From contig MCFH01000049.1 of NCBI GenBank assembly GCA_002104945.1, forward strand, positions 310,001-374,000: DNA of 64,000 nucleotides, given 5' to 3'. The DNA is from Piromyces finnis finn. Its lineage: Eukaryota; Fungi; Neocallimastigomycota. The notes beneath the pieces were generated by a model, which ran no database searches, had not been told where the DNA came from, and saw nothing but the letters and a program-made list of their open reading frames with translations. Numbering within the stretch: the first letter of the stretch is position 1; every line of letters starts with the position of its first letter. Made by a program: the position numbers and the translations under genes. Positions 23,325 to 34,923 of this stretch are shown in pieces.

Positions 23325-26300
23325 ATGTCAGTCCTTTATATTAAAGATAAGAATTATATCAGACGTGGTACCCGGTCTTATGGTATCCCCTTAGATGATA
23401 TTCGCTCCTTCTTTATCCGTGGTATTCGATCATGGTCAGTAAATATGCTATGGGAAAAACTCGAGGTTATTCTAGAAGATAAATTTAATTCAGTTATTAG
23501 TGTTAAATATTTTCAAACTTTCAATGATCACTTTTTCTTAGTCAAGGTTCATGGTTCATCAAAAGATTGTATTAAAATCTTACACATGTTAAAGAAGAAA
23601 CTTTCAGTTACCTCAATTTCCTTTTCAGCTCGTAGTAGAAGGAATCACAAATACACTTTTTCCACTCTCAAACGTAAAATTTTAGTTTCTAATAAACATC
23701 AACATTCTATTCAACAATCATTTCAACAATCAGTTCAACAATCAGTTCAACAATCTCATCAACAATCCGATCTTCAACAAGATCTTCAACAGGATCTTCA
23801 ACAAGTTTCCCATCATGAAAATATTCCAGATCTACAGCAAACACAATTTCAATCTCAACATTCAACAATTAATTCTAATAGTTCTATCAACTCTGATAAC
23901 AGTTCAATAGTTGATAGTTCTTCAGTTTCACAGCCATCTAGTAATAGTTCTACTTATTCCTCTGATGCATCATCCATTAATAACGATGACTTTAATAATA
24001 ATAATAATAGCAACGATTCTTCCTCATCCAACAAGCCTGATAACTTTTCTTTTTGTCTTAGTTGGAACACCAATGGGTGGAATCATGAAAAGAGAGATAG
24101 TATTAGCTATTTCACAGCTATTTTCAAACCATTATTCTTATGTTTCCAAGAAACTGGTAATGGTTCTGGATCGAATACAGATTATCCTTGTCGTGTTACT
24201 TTGCGAAACTATAGACACTTTTTCAAGAAAGCTGACGAATCAGTTCCGGGAATGAGAGGTTTATATTTAGGTTTTCACAATTCATGTCAAGCCTCACTTG
24301 AAAACTTCTCTGGAAAGTATATTATTTCTATTTATACTTTTAGTCTCTGGAATAGATTCAAATGCTCGATTGGAAATGTTTATATGCCTCATAGTCATCA
24401 CAACATCTATGTTGATCATGCAAAGTTAGAAGTTCGCTTGTGGTTACAAACTCATTCATCCCATCCATCGATTCTTGTTGGTGATTTTAATATGTCTAAA
24501 GTAAAATTATCCAACTGGTTATCAACTAATGGATTAGGAGATTGGGAAATTCTTCCGCTTAGAGGGTCTACTATCTCTTGGACTCGAGGTGATCAATCTT
24601 CCGATATTGACCATGCTCTTATCAATTCGAAGATGAAAGATCTTATTCACTCAGGATCATTTATAAATAATTTTTATCCTGTATCAGACCATAAGCCACT
24701 TCTTATTAATGGTAAAATTATTCCTATGGAAGATTTTTCTAATGACTTTAATGTTCCTAAGAAAATTCTGAAATGGAATAGATTAAAATGTATTGAGGAA
24801 AAGGAATCTATTATCAGTCATAATAAATTCCAAATTCTTTCAGCAAAATTCAACGATCCTAATGTTTCTACAGATGAACTTTCCAAAGAGTTTACTTCAA
24901 CTGCTTTTTCAATTGCAGACGAGCTCAGTATTACTTCAGCAAATAATGTTATAAAGTCTTCATTTCATATTTCACAACAAATTTTTAATCTCCAAAAAAT
25001 CAAAATGAAGTTGTATAAGAGATTTAAAAAAGAAAGAATTTATGATATAGATGAATTTATTAAAAGAATTAAAATCTACCGTAAGCTCATTGATTACATC
25101 CACAAAAGATGTAATGAATTTAGGAAACAAGAATATCTTCATTGGATTAAAACAGGATGTGAGTATATGAAGAGTCATAATCCTAAGAAGGCCTGGAAAT
25201 GGATCAAGAAAACTGCAAAAATTGGAAAAGATTCTTTCTTTATTGCTCAACCAATTAAAAACAAAAATGGAGAATTAGTTGTTGCTACGGAAGAACAACT
25301 AGATGTGTGGCATGATCATTTCGAAAAGCTTGCATCAGATCCAAGTGGTGTAAGTCTTGATTTGGAGCATTGGTATGAAGAACCAACGAATAAACGTTTT
25401 TCACTCCCTATGCTTGATGAATGGGATATCAACCAAGATATTAGTATTGATGAAGTCAAGTCAGCTATCCTCTCTACTCCGAATTATAAAGCATCAGGTC
25501 CGGATGGTATTCCAATTGAATTTTACAAAGCATTAATTCCATCAAGTAATGATTCTAATAATGCTACAGGTAATAATTCTTCCGGTAATACCACTTCAGA
25601 TAATGATGCTTATGGTTTAAATTTTATTCTTAAATTATTCAACCGTACTTGGAATGGAGATTTCCCCAACTCATGGAATGAATCCAGTATTGTTTCCATT
25701 CCTAAGAAGGGAGATTTGACAGATTGTGATAACTATCGAGGTATATCACTTATCAATAATGGTATTAAGTTGATTTCCAAAATTGTCACCACTAGAATCT
25801 CAGAATATGGTCTAAAGAATAATTTCATTAGACCTGAACAATTTGGTTTTCGAAAAAAGGAAGAAAGTATCAGTCTTTTCATTTCAATCCAAGAAATATG
25901 CCGTAGACGTCAATTAGATAATAAAGAGACATATTTGGCCTTTTTAGATCTCAGGAAAGCATACGATTCAGTCCCAATCGGTAATATTCTCCATAAATTA
26001 GATTGTTTAGGAATCCGAGGTAAGAGTTTACAATTCATCAAAAATTTATATTTAACATCTAAGGCTAATGTCAAATTAGATGGACAATTCTCGAAATCTT
26101 TTGATGTGAAGAAAGGAGTCCGTCAAGGTTGCCCTCTTTCTCCTATTCTCTTTAATCTCTTTATTAATGATATATTTAAAGAGTGTGAAGATCTCGGAGT
26201 CAGTTTAGGTGACACTCGATGCTGTGGTGGACTTTTTGCAGATGATATAGTTATTTGTGCTCCAACAAGAGGATGCTTAAAAAAGATGCTTAGAAGAGTT

Positions 26301-27851
26301 AATGAATGGGCCTTGTATAATGAAATGGAATTTGGTATCCAGAAGTGTTCAACGATGGTGATTCGTCCTGAATCAATAGAAAATCAGAACAAGAGAGATC
26401 CAACATTTTACTTAGCAGGACAACCCATTCCAACTACTGATTGTTATACTTATCTTGGTGTTCCATTTGATAAGAATCTGTCCCTTAAACCAGTTATTAA
26501 AGCTCTTAATAACAAGGTTTTGAAAGGGCTTTTTTCAGTCAGTAAATTCTTAAGAAATCCTAATATTCCTATTCCCTTCAAAAAGCTAGTACTTAACTCA
26601 CAAGTGATTAGCAGAGTTTCATACTTTGCACCATTACTTGGATCCAACAAAGCCAGGTCTAGAATTGCACAGAAGCATGTTAACAAAGGAATACGATGGG
26701 TTGCCGGAGTTCATAAAGCTGTATCGTTTATATCTTTATACTCTATTTCAAAAGATTTGAATATTCCTCCATTGTCAGCCAAATGTGCATTAGCTCAGGT
26801 TAGATGTTTTAACAAATGGAAAAACTCAAATTGTATTATCTCATACCTTGCCAATTACATTCCTAAATTTAGAAAATACACGTGGTGCAAATCAAGTAGG
26901 ACACTTGATAAAAAACTAAAGAAACATGGAGATGTTAAAGCAGTTAAAAACTTTTATTGGAAAGATCTCAAAGGGAATTCAATCAAAGCGCAATATTATG
27001 ATGATAATAAGTTTATTGATACTAAAGATTTTATTAAATTATGTTATGAGTACCCAGAGTTTGCCTATGGCTTCTACTGGCTATTGAAAGCAAGAAGCGG
27101 ATACAAGTTGGAAGCTAGAGTTGCCAAAGCTGCCAAATTTGTTGATCCAGTTTGTCCTAACTACTGTCCATGTTGCAAGTGTGGAGATCAAAGTATTAAA
27201 CATTGGTTATTAGATTGTCCAACATTTAGAGATATCCGTATTAAACATTATGATTCCATAGTCCAGCTATTAAATTTTTTCAGTCAACGTAATTCCAATA
27301 GTCCTATCAATAATAATGAAATTGATAATATCAGTAGAGATAGTAATAATATTAATAGTAATAGTAACAATTGTAATAATAACAATAGTAATAGTAACAA
27401 TAGTAATAATAACAATAGTAGTAATAGAAATAATAATATTAGTAATGATAGCAATAGTGAAGATAATAATTCTAATTTAGATAGTAATTTAGTTAATGAT
27501 AGTAATAGTTCTAATAATCCGGTGAATATTAATGTGTATGATTATTCTAGTGTGTGCAGTAAAATATTTAAATTCCTTCTTGGGGGAAGAAGTTTTAACA
27601 ATATCAATTACAATTCAAGGGAATGGAAAGAACTTTGTAAGCGTCAGATTCAATCTGGTACTAATGAAGGAACACCATTCTTGACGGTAACCGCGGAACT
27701 TCTAACCAAAATCATGCCTTTTGCTATTGGCCAGCAATGGTCAATGTTCAAAAGGTTTGAAGCAACATCCAAGAGCGTCAATGCTGAAGAAACAGTAAGA
27801 CAGGCCAGGAGGGCCAGCGCAACCAATGGAGATCATAATTTTGTCCCATGA
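23325..27851 (+). CDS. LINE polyprotein: APE endonuclease + reverse transcriptase + C-terminal CCHC zinc finger (1508 aa)
   Basis: APE motifs SWNTNG, CFQET, LVGDFN, SDIDH, SDH. RT motifs GPDGIP, NYRGISL, QFGFR, FLDLRKAYDSV, GVRQGCPLSP, FADD, YLG. C-terminal CPCC...SIKHWLLDC. Confidence 0.97.
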   Translation: MSVLYIKDKNYIRRGTRSYGIPLDDIRSFFIRGIRSWSVNMLWEKLEVILEDKFNSVISVKYFQTFNDHFFLVKVHGSSKDCIKILHMLKKKLSVTSISFSARSRRNHKYTFSTLKRKILVSNKHQHSIQQSFQQSVQQSVQQSHQQSDLQQDLQQDLQQVSHHENIPDLQQTQFQSQHSTINSNSSINSDNSSIVDSSSVSQPSSNSSTYSSDASSINNDDFNNNNNSNDSSSSNKPDNFSFCLSWNTNGWNHEKRDSISYFTAIFKPLFLCFQETGNGSGSNTDYPCRVTLRNYRHFFKKADESVPGMRGLYLGFHNSCQASLENFSGKYIISIYTFSLWNRFKCSIGNVYMPHSHHNIYVDHAKLEVRLWLQTHSSHPSILVGDFNMSKVKLSNWLSTNGLGDWEILPLRGSTISWTRGDQSSDIDHALINSKMKDLIHSGSFINNFYPVSDHKPLLINGKIIPMEDFSNDFNVPKKILKWNRLKCIEEKESIISHNKFQILSAKFNDPNVSTDELSKEFTSTAFSIADELSITSANNVIKSSFHISQQIFNLQKIKMKLYKRFKKERIYDIDEFIKRIKIYRKLIDYIHKRCNEFRKQEYLHWIKTGCEYMKSHNPKKAWKWIKKTAKIGKDSFFIAQPIKNKNGELVVATEEQLDVWHDHFEKLASDPSGVSLDLEHWYEEPTNKRFSLPMLDEWDINQDISIDEVKSAILSTPNYKASGPDGIPIEFYKALIPSSNDSNNATGNNSSGNTTSDNDAYGLNFILKLFNRTWNGDFPNSWNESSIVSIPKKGDLTDCDNYRGISLINNGIKLISKIVTTRISEYGLKNNFIRPEQFGFRKKEESISLFISIQEICRRRQLDNKETYLAFLDLRKAYDSVPIGNILHKLDCLGIRGKSLQFIKNLYLTSKANVKLDGQFSKSFDVKKGVRQGCPLSPILFNLFINDIFKECEDLGVSLGDTRCCGGLFADDIVICAPTRGCLKKMLRRVNEWALYNEMEFGIQKCSTMVIRPESIENQNKRDPTFYLAGQPIPTTDCYTYLGVPFDKNLSLKPVIKALNNKVLKGLFSVSKFLRNPNIPIPFKKLVLNSQVISRVSYFAPLLGSNKARSRIAQKHVNKGIRWVAGVHKAVSFISLYSISKDLNIPPLSAKCALAQVRCFNKWKNSNCIISYLANYIPKFRKYTWCKSSRTLDKKLKKHGDVKAVKNFYWKDLKGNSIKAQYYDDNKFIDTKDFIKLCYEYPEFAYGFYWLLKARSGYKLEARVAKAAKFVDPVCPNYCPCCKCGDQSIKHWLLDCPTFRDIRIKHYDSIVQLLNFFSQRNSNSPINNNEIDNISRDSNNINSNSNNCNNNNSNSNNSNNNNSSNRNNNISNDSNSEDNNSNLDSNLVNDSNSSNNPVNINVYDYSSVCSKIFKFLLGGRSFNNINYNSREWKELCKRQIQSGTNEGTPFLTVTAELLTKIMPFAIGQQWSMFKRFEATSKSVNAEETVRQARRASATNGDHNFVP

Positions 27852-28165
27852 TAAAATTTTGATCTTTGGCTCGGTGTCCCATTGGAAGTCAAATACAATT
27901 ATTATACTTTAGTATGATAGTGGCTTTCTTACTTTAATTAAAATTACTAGAATACATTATACCCAATTTTTATTCATTTGTGTTTATTTAAACATATTTT
28001 TTTTATTTTTATTTTATTTTAATTTTTATATTTCATGTATTATAATTTTAATTAAATTAATAATAAAGTTTAAAATATTTGATGCCGTTAAAAAAAAAAA
28101 AAAAAAAAAAAAAATAAAACAGGATGTGAGTATATGAAGAGTCATAATCCTAAGAAGGCCTGGAA

Positions 28166-30523
28166 ATGGATCAAGAAAACTGCAAAAATTGGAAAAGATT
28201 CTTTCTTATTGCTCAACCAATTAAAAACAAAAATGAGGAATTAGTTGTTGCTACAGAAGAACAACTAGAAGTGTGGCATGATCATTTCGAAAACCTTGCA
28301 TCAGATCCAAGTGGTGTAAGTCTTGATTTGGAGCATTGGTATGAAGAACCAATGAATAAACGTTTTTCACTTCCTATGCTTGATGAGTGGGATATCAACC
28401 AAGATATTAGTATTGATGAAGTCAAATCAGCTATCCTCTCTACTCCAAATTATAAAGCATCAGGTCCGGATGGTATTCCAATTGAATTTTACAAAGCATT
28501 AATTCCATCAAGTAATGATTCTAATAATGCTACAGGTAATAATTCTTCCGGTAATACTACTTCAGATAATGATGCTCATGGTTTAAATTTTATTCTTAAA
28601 TTATTTAACCGTATTTGGGATGGAGATTTCCCCAACTCATGGAATGAATCCAGTATTGTTTCTATTCCTAAGAAGGGAGATTTGACAGATTGTGATAACT
28701 ATCGAGGTATATCACTTATCAATAATGGTATTAAGTTGATCTCCAAAATTGTCACCACTAGAATCTCAGAATATGGTCTAAAGAATAATTTCATTAGACC
28801 TGAACAATTTGGTTTTCGAAAAAAGGAAGAAAGTATCAGTCTTTTCATTTCAATCCAAGAAATATGCCGTAGACGTCAATTAGATAATAAAGAGACATAT
28901 TTGGCCTTTTTAGATCTCAGGAAAGCATATGATTCAGTCCCAATCGGTAATATTCTCCATAAATTAGATTGTTTAGGAATCCGAGGTAAGAGTTTACAAT
29001 TCATCAAAAATTTATATTTAACATCTAAGGCTAATGTCAAACTAGATGGACAATTCTCGAAATCTTTTGATGTGAAGAAAGGAGTCCGTCAAGGTTGCCC
29101 ACTTTCGCCTATTCTTTTTAATCTCTTTATTAATGATATATTTAAAGAGTGTGAAGATCTCGGAGTCAGTTTAGGTGACACTCGATGCTGTGGTGGACTT
29201 TTTGCAGATGATATAGTTATTTGTGCTCCAACAAGAGGATGCTTAAAAAAGATGCTTAGAAGAGTTAATGAATGGGCCTTGTATAATGAAATGGAATTTG
29301 GTATCCAGAAATGTTCAACGATGGTGATTCGTCCTGAATCAATAGAAAATCAGAACAAGAGAGATCCAACATTTTACTTAGCAGGACAACCCATTCCAAC
29401 TACTGACTGCTACACTTATCTTGGTGTTCTATTTGATAAGAATTTGTCCCTTAAACCAGTAATTAAAACTCTCAATAACAAGGTTTTGAAAGGACTTTTC
29501 TCAGTCAGTAAATTCTTAAGAAATCCTAATATTCCTATTCCCTTCAAAAAACTAGTACTTAACTCACAAGTGATTAGCAGAGTTTCATACTTTGCACCAT
29601 TACTTGGATCCAACAAAGCTAGGTCTAGGATTGCTCAGAAGCATGTTAACAAAGGAATACGATGGATTGCCGGAGTTCATAAAGCTGTATCGTTTATATC
29701 TTTATACTCTATCTCAAAAGATTTGAATATTCCTCCATTGTCAGCCAAATGTGCATTAGCTCGGGTTAGATGTTTTAACAAATGGAAAAACTCAAATTGT
29801 ATTATCTCACACCTTGTCAATTACATTCCTAAATTTAGAAAATACACGTGGTGCAAATCAAGTAGGACACTTGATAAAAAACTAAAGAAGCATGGAGATA
29901 TTAAAGCAATTAAAAACTTTTATTGGAAAGATCTCAAAGGGAATTCAATCAAAGCGCAATATTATGATGATAATAAATTTATTGAAACTAAAGATTTTAT
30001 TAAATTATGTTATGAATACCCAGAGTTTGCCTATGGCTTCTACTGGCTATTGAAAGCAAGAAGCGGATACAAGTTGGAAGCTAGAGTTGCCAAAGCTGCC
30101 AAATTTGTTGATCCAGTTTGTCCTAACTACTGTCCATGTTGCAAGAGTGGTGTTCAAAGTATTAAACATTGGTTATTAGATTGTCCAACATTTAGAGATA
30201 TCCGTATTAAACATTATGATTCCATAGTCCAGCTATTAAATTTTTTCAGTCAACGTAATCCCAACAGTCCTATCAATAATAATGAAAATGTTAATATCAG
30301 TAGAAATAGCAATAATATTAATAGTAATAGTAACAATAGTAGTAATAATAGTAATAATAGTAATAGTTCTAACAATCCGGTGAATATTAATGTATATGAT
30401 TATTTTAGTGTATGTAATAAAATATTTAAATACCTTCTTGGAGGAAGAAGTTTTAATAATATCAATTACAATTCAAGGGAATGGAAAGAACTTTGCAAGT
30501 ATCAGATTCAATCTGACACTTGA
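28166..30523 (+). pseudogene. RT/C-terminal remnant of the older LINE copy
   Basis: Near-identical to ORF 23325 but lacks the endonuclease. The N-terminal MDQENCK... comes from a 1-nt deletion, and there is a deletion or frameshift near 30520. Confidence 0.9.
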
Positions 30524-31049
30524 CGGTAACAGCGGAACTTCTAACTAAAATCACGCCTTTTGCTATTGGCCAGCAATGATCAATGTTCAAAAGGTTTGAA
30601 GCAACATCCAAGAGCGTCAATGCTGAAGAAACAGTAAGACAGGCCAGGAGGGCCAGCGCAACCAATAATGGAGATCATAATTTTGTCTCATGACAAAATT
30701 TTGATCTTTGACTCGGTGTCCCATTGGAAGTCAAATACAATTATTATACTTTAGTATAATAGTGGCTTTCTTACTTTAATTAAAATTACTAGAATACATT
30801 ATACTCAATTTTTATTCATTTGTGTTTATTTAAACATATTTTTTTTATTTTTTATTTTTAATTTTTTATATTACATGTATTATAATTTTTATTAAATTAA
30901 TAAAGTTTAAAAATATTTGATATCGTTAAAAAAAAAATCCTTGCGAATAATATTATTATTTATGTATCAATTAAAAAATATTTCAATATTCATTCATTTT
31001 TTGCAGAAATAAGCTAAAGGTTTCACCAAATGGAATAATAATAAAATTA

Positions 31050-31400
31050 AAAATAATACCGATAATCTTAATAATAATAATAGTAATGATATTAAAAGTG
31101 ATAGTTATAGAGTAACGAAGATGATAGTGATAATTCTTTTAATTTGAATTATGTTAGTTTAATTAGTAATGCGACTTATAATTCTAATAATTTTTTGAAT
31201 GAAAAAATTTTTAACAATAGCGATCTAAGAGAATGGAGAGAATTTTACAAATATCAAATCTAAACATCGGATACTTAATACGGATATCCAACTGTCAAAA
31301 AATGACAGTTAAATACAAAATTTTTAACCAAAATGGCATGCTTTATGTTATCAACTAATCGTGGTCAAAATTTAAAAGATTTAAAGCAATAACTGATAAA
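31050..31400 (+). mobile_element. Highly degraded LINE-related 3' coding remnant
   Basis: AGAGAATGGAGAGAATTTTACAAATATCAAATC and TTAACCAAAAT resemble the SREWKELCKRQIQ and LTKIM regions. Confidence 0.45.
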
Positions 31401-32268
31401 AAAAAAACATTAATATTAAAAGAAAAATAGAAAGATGAGTAGAGTTAGTAACTAATTATTAATCCTAATTTTAACAATATTTAACCTTTAATTTTTTTAT
31501 TCCTAATTAAAAACCAAAAATACAACTATTATCATGATTATCCTTTTAACTAACAGATATAATGAATCTTTTGATCTTCTTTCTTAATTGAAAATGAACT
31601 TATCCATTTTTCATGTTATAATTAAATAACTTTAAAAAAAAAATTTTTTTTTTTAATTAAATTTATTAAATTAAAAAAATTTAATTAAAATTTAAATTTT
31701 TAAATGTTTACCACAATTAGAAAAAAAAAATTATTTTTTTGATTGCACTGCCATTTAAAAAAAAAATTATTTACGCCATGAAAAATACCAAACCAAAAAA
31801 AAAAAGAAGCCAAAAAGTTTGAACTTTTTTTTCTATTCTTTTATGTATTTTAAAATAATCGTTTTTTTTTTAATTATCAAGGTAATTTTTATTGTAATAT
31901 TAATAATAAATAAAGTATTTAATCACAAAAACCCTTAAAAATAAAATTGTATTGAACCGAGTTATATCAAATTACTATTTATAATAATGACTCATTTGAT
32001 ACTAATACAATGTATATTCATTTATTGAAACACATAATTATTCTAGCATGTTCTAGGAAAGTATTAAAAAGCAATAGAAACTTAATTGTAGTTATATTAC
32101 ATGAAAGGTCCATAAAAATTTAAATAAAATGAAAACCTTATTAACGTTAATGTTAGTTATAAATTTGCTAGATTATATGGTTGAAAAAAGAATTTTCAAT
32201 TTATCAAAAAATTTTTATATTTAATATATAAGACCAATATCATATTAAATATATCAGATGAACAATGC

Positions 32269-32433
32269 TAAATTGCTGATCCAGTTTGTCCTAACTACTG
32301 TCTATGTTGCAAGAGTGGCGATCAAAGTATTAAGTATTGGTTATTAGATTATCCAACTTTTAGAGATATCTGTATTAAACATTATAATTCCATAAAGTTT
32401 AAAAATATTTGATGTCGTTAAAAAAAAAAAAAA
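32269..32433 (+). mobile_element. Short internally deleted LINE derivative (zinc-finger segment fused to the 3' terminus and poly(A))
   Basis: GATCCAGTTTGTCCTAACTACTG...CATTATAATTCCAT is joined directly to AAAGTTTAAAAATATTTGATGTCGTT(A)n. Confidence 0.85.
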
Positions 32434-33562
32434 AGAAACCAATCCCACACTCTACCAATTGCATAGAGTTCATTGAACTAATAATTTTTATATTTCATAT
32501 TCTATTTTATATTTATATATTTTTATTTATATATAAATTTATATATTGCTATTTCACTACCTATTATAATGTAAATTTTGTAAATTAAAGAAAAAGAAGT
32601 GTATTCTCTTCCTTGTCTAAAAAAAAGCACCATTAAAAAAAAAATTAAATATATCTCCATTATTAAAAAAAAATTGATTTTTGTTTTATGTTTTTTTTTT
32701 ACAACTAAAAAAGTGGAATATAAAATTTTAAATTTATAAATTTAATTTATACTTTTTTTTTAAAATAAGTTTGTTTTATTTTTATTATCACATAATAATA
32801 ACAATAGTTATATTTTATTATGACAAGTTCGTAAAACTTATTATTATTATACCCACACAATATATCTTTTTAAATTATAAAATATTTAAAAATTGATTTT
32901 TAATTAAAAGATTTAAAAAAAATTTAAAAAATTTTATTTGTTTATTTCTCCATAATTAAAAATTTTTTATCTTCAGTAGTAAAAATTTAAAAAACTCTTT
33001 TTTTTTATTATCGAAATGCTTTTTGTTTTTGTTTTTTAATTTAAAAAATAATAATACTTTATAGTATTAATGTTAATAATAATAATAATAATAATGTATA
33101 TTATACTTAGTAGACTTAATAATACTTTGATATATAAATCCATGTATACATATTAAATGGTTATAATGCTGTTGTTTTTTTTTTTTTTAAGAAAAAAATG
33201 AAACACCAATTTATAATTAAAAAATCTTTATAGAAAATATTGATTTATTAATTTATAATTAAAAAAAACTTAAATAAACAAAAAATCAATGGGATTACCA
33301 TGAAAGATTTTATTCTTCATCACTAAATGATTCAAGTAAAAATTATACCTATATAGAATTAGATGAATTCCGTTTTATAGGAAAAGGAAAACAAGATATG
33401 AAAAGACCAATATTTGATAATTTAATGAATTATTCAAGTGAAAAATATAACCTGGTAATTTTATGACTTATTTTGAGATTTCAAAGTTTAAAAAATTTTA
33501 AAATTTTAGATACTTTCAATTATTATTATATTGTAAAAATTAAAATTTCCAGTAATTTTCTT

Positions 33563-33750
33563 AGTCGAATTAAACTTTTTTAAATATTTTGTGGATTCAT
33601 TTTTATTTTTCATTTATTAAATTATGTGGATTTATTTTTTTGGTTGGTTGATGGTAAGGAAAAATAAAAAAAAAAAAAAAAAAAAGTATACTAATTTGTT
33701 ATATTTTTATTTTACTTATTAAAATAAAAGAGTGCAATTTATTTACAGTT
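33563..33750 (+). repeat. About 185-bp dispersed direct repeat, copy 2
   Basis: Matches 20858-21039. Confidence 0.88.
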
Positions 33751-34068
33751 TAAATGGATGATTCATTTCAAATTGATTTAAAATTTTAAATACACACTAT
33801 TTAATTCGTTAAACATTTTAAATTTATTAAAAATTAATTAATAGAATTAATATAAATAATTAAAAAAAAAAAAGTAAATTACACCTATAAAATTTGATTC
33901 TATGTAGTACAAATTCTTGTAATAAATTATAAATTATTTTATGATAAAAAAAAAATAAATGAAAAGTATAAAAAGATTTAGGTATCATGAATTTTTTTTT
34001 TTTTTCATAAAAAAAAATAATATAAAATAAAATATAGCATTCAAGTATAGTAATCTAATATATACAAA

Positions 34069-34923
34069 ATGAAATCTTTTATTACATTACTATTCTTAGC
34101 AATTTTAAGTTGTATTTATAAAAGTGAGAAGGCTTTTGTTGGTGCTACTTCTTATCCTTTTCCACCATTTTTCCAAACCACATATCCATATTCCATTATT
34201 TCAGGATTTTCTATAACTGATACCAGATATAAGCCAATATATACACATGTTCGTAGTTGTAGATTCGATACTGAAGATCTTTCAGTAACATGCAAAATTG
34301 ATAATAGTGATGAAAAACTTATAATCACCGGTATAGAAATTGATAATCCAGATAATTGTTCTCTTGGTCCACTTTCATGGGCTAATTTAGTTTGTGAAGG
34401 TGATAGTCATACTTATATCATGAATGAAAGATCTGATTATTTTGACAGATTTAAATTTTATGACCTTAATGATTGTTCTTATCACGTAAAAATTGGAGAA
34501 AGAAATATTGGTAGTTATGATGAATTATATTTCCCATATGATTCCCAAGTTATGGATACAGATTTCTATTTAGAAGATGATGCTAATATTGCTGATGTTG
34601 ATTATATTCATGTTAATTCCTGTGAATATGATATCAGTGGTAAAGTAATATTATGTACTGTCAATAATGTTGCTGGAAAAAACATTACAGTAAAATTTAC
34701 TTCTATATATTTGCAACAAAATATAAATAAATGTTACGTCAATGATAATTCAATTGTATCTGTTCATTTTTATGATAAAGAAGAAAAAGAAGATTTAACA
34801 ATTGTTGGTAAGACTTCTGGTAGTTCAGATAGTAAAAAAGTATTTTTCGAGTTGAGTGATGGCTGTAACATTGGAGCACTTTACAGTTCTATTATAGTTG
34901 AAGATAATAGTATAGATTATTAA
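34069..34923 (+). CDS. Secreted Cys-containing orphan protein with an internal two-fold repeat (284 aa)
   Basis: N-terminal signal peptide-like MKSFITLLFLAILSC. The two halves align (YTHVRSCRFDTEDLSVTCKIDN / YIHVNSCEYDISGKVILCTVNN). Single exon. Confidence 0.75.
   Translation: MKSFITLLFLAILSCIYKSEKAFVGATSYPFPPFFQTTYPYSIISGFSITDTRYKPIYTHVRSCRFDTEDLSVTCKIDNSDEKLIITGIEIDNPDNCSLGPLSWANLVCEGDSHTYIMNERSDYFDRFKFYDLNDCSYHVKIGERNIGSYDELYFPYDSQVMDTDFYLEDDANIADVDYIHVNSCEYDISGKVILCTVNNVAGKNITVKFTSIYLQQNINKCYVNDNSIVSVHFYDKEEKEDLTIVGKTSGSSDSKKVFFELSDGCNIGALYSSIIVEDNSIDY

Larger units (their letters stand above)
22435..28114 (+). mobile_element. Apparently full-length single-ORF non-LTR retrotransposon (LINE), about 5.7 kb, with 13-bp TSD TAAAACAGGATGT
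   Basis: TSD at 22422-22434 and 28115-28127, about 890-bp 5' UTR, intact ORF, 3' UTR ending GATGCCGTT(A)25. Confidence 0.95.
22311..30937 (+). mobile_element. Older 5'-truncated LINE copy (22311-22434 joined to 28128-30937), split by insertion of the full-length copy
   Basis: 22312-22434 is internal LINE sequence that continues exactly at 28128. The remainder carries indels and a premature stop and ends in poly(A) at 30928-30937. Confidence 0.88.

Noticed and set aside
28166-30523. Stand-alone RT gene (retron- or DGR-like)
   Set aside because: It is the frameshifted remainder of an older LINE copy, as shown by the TSD and the matching 22312-22434 fragment.
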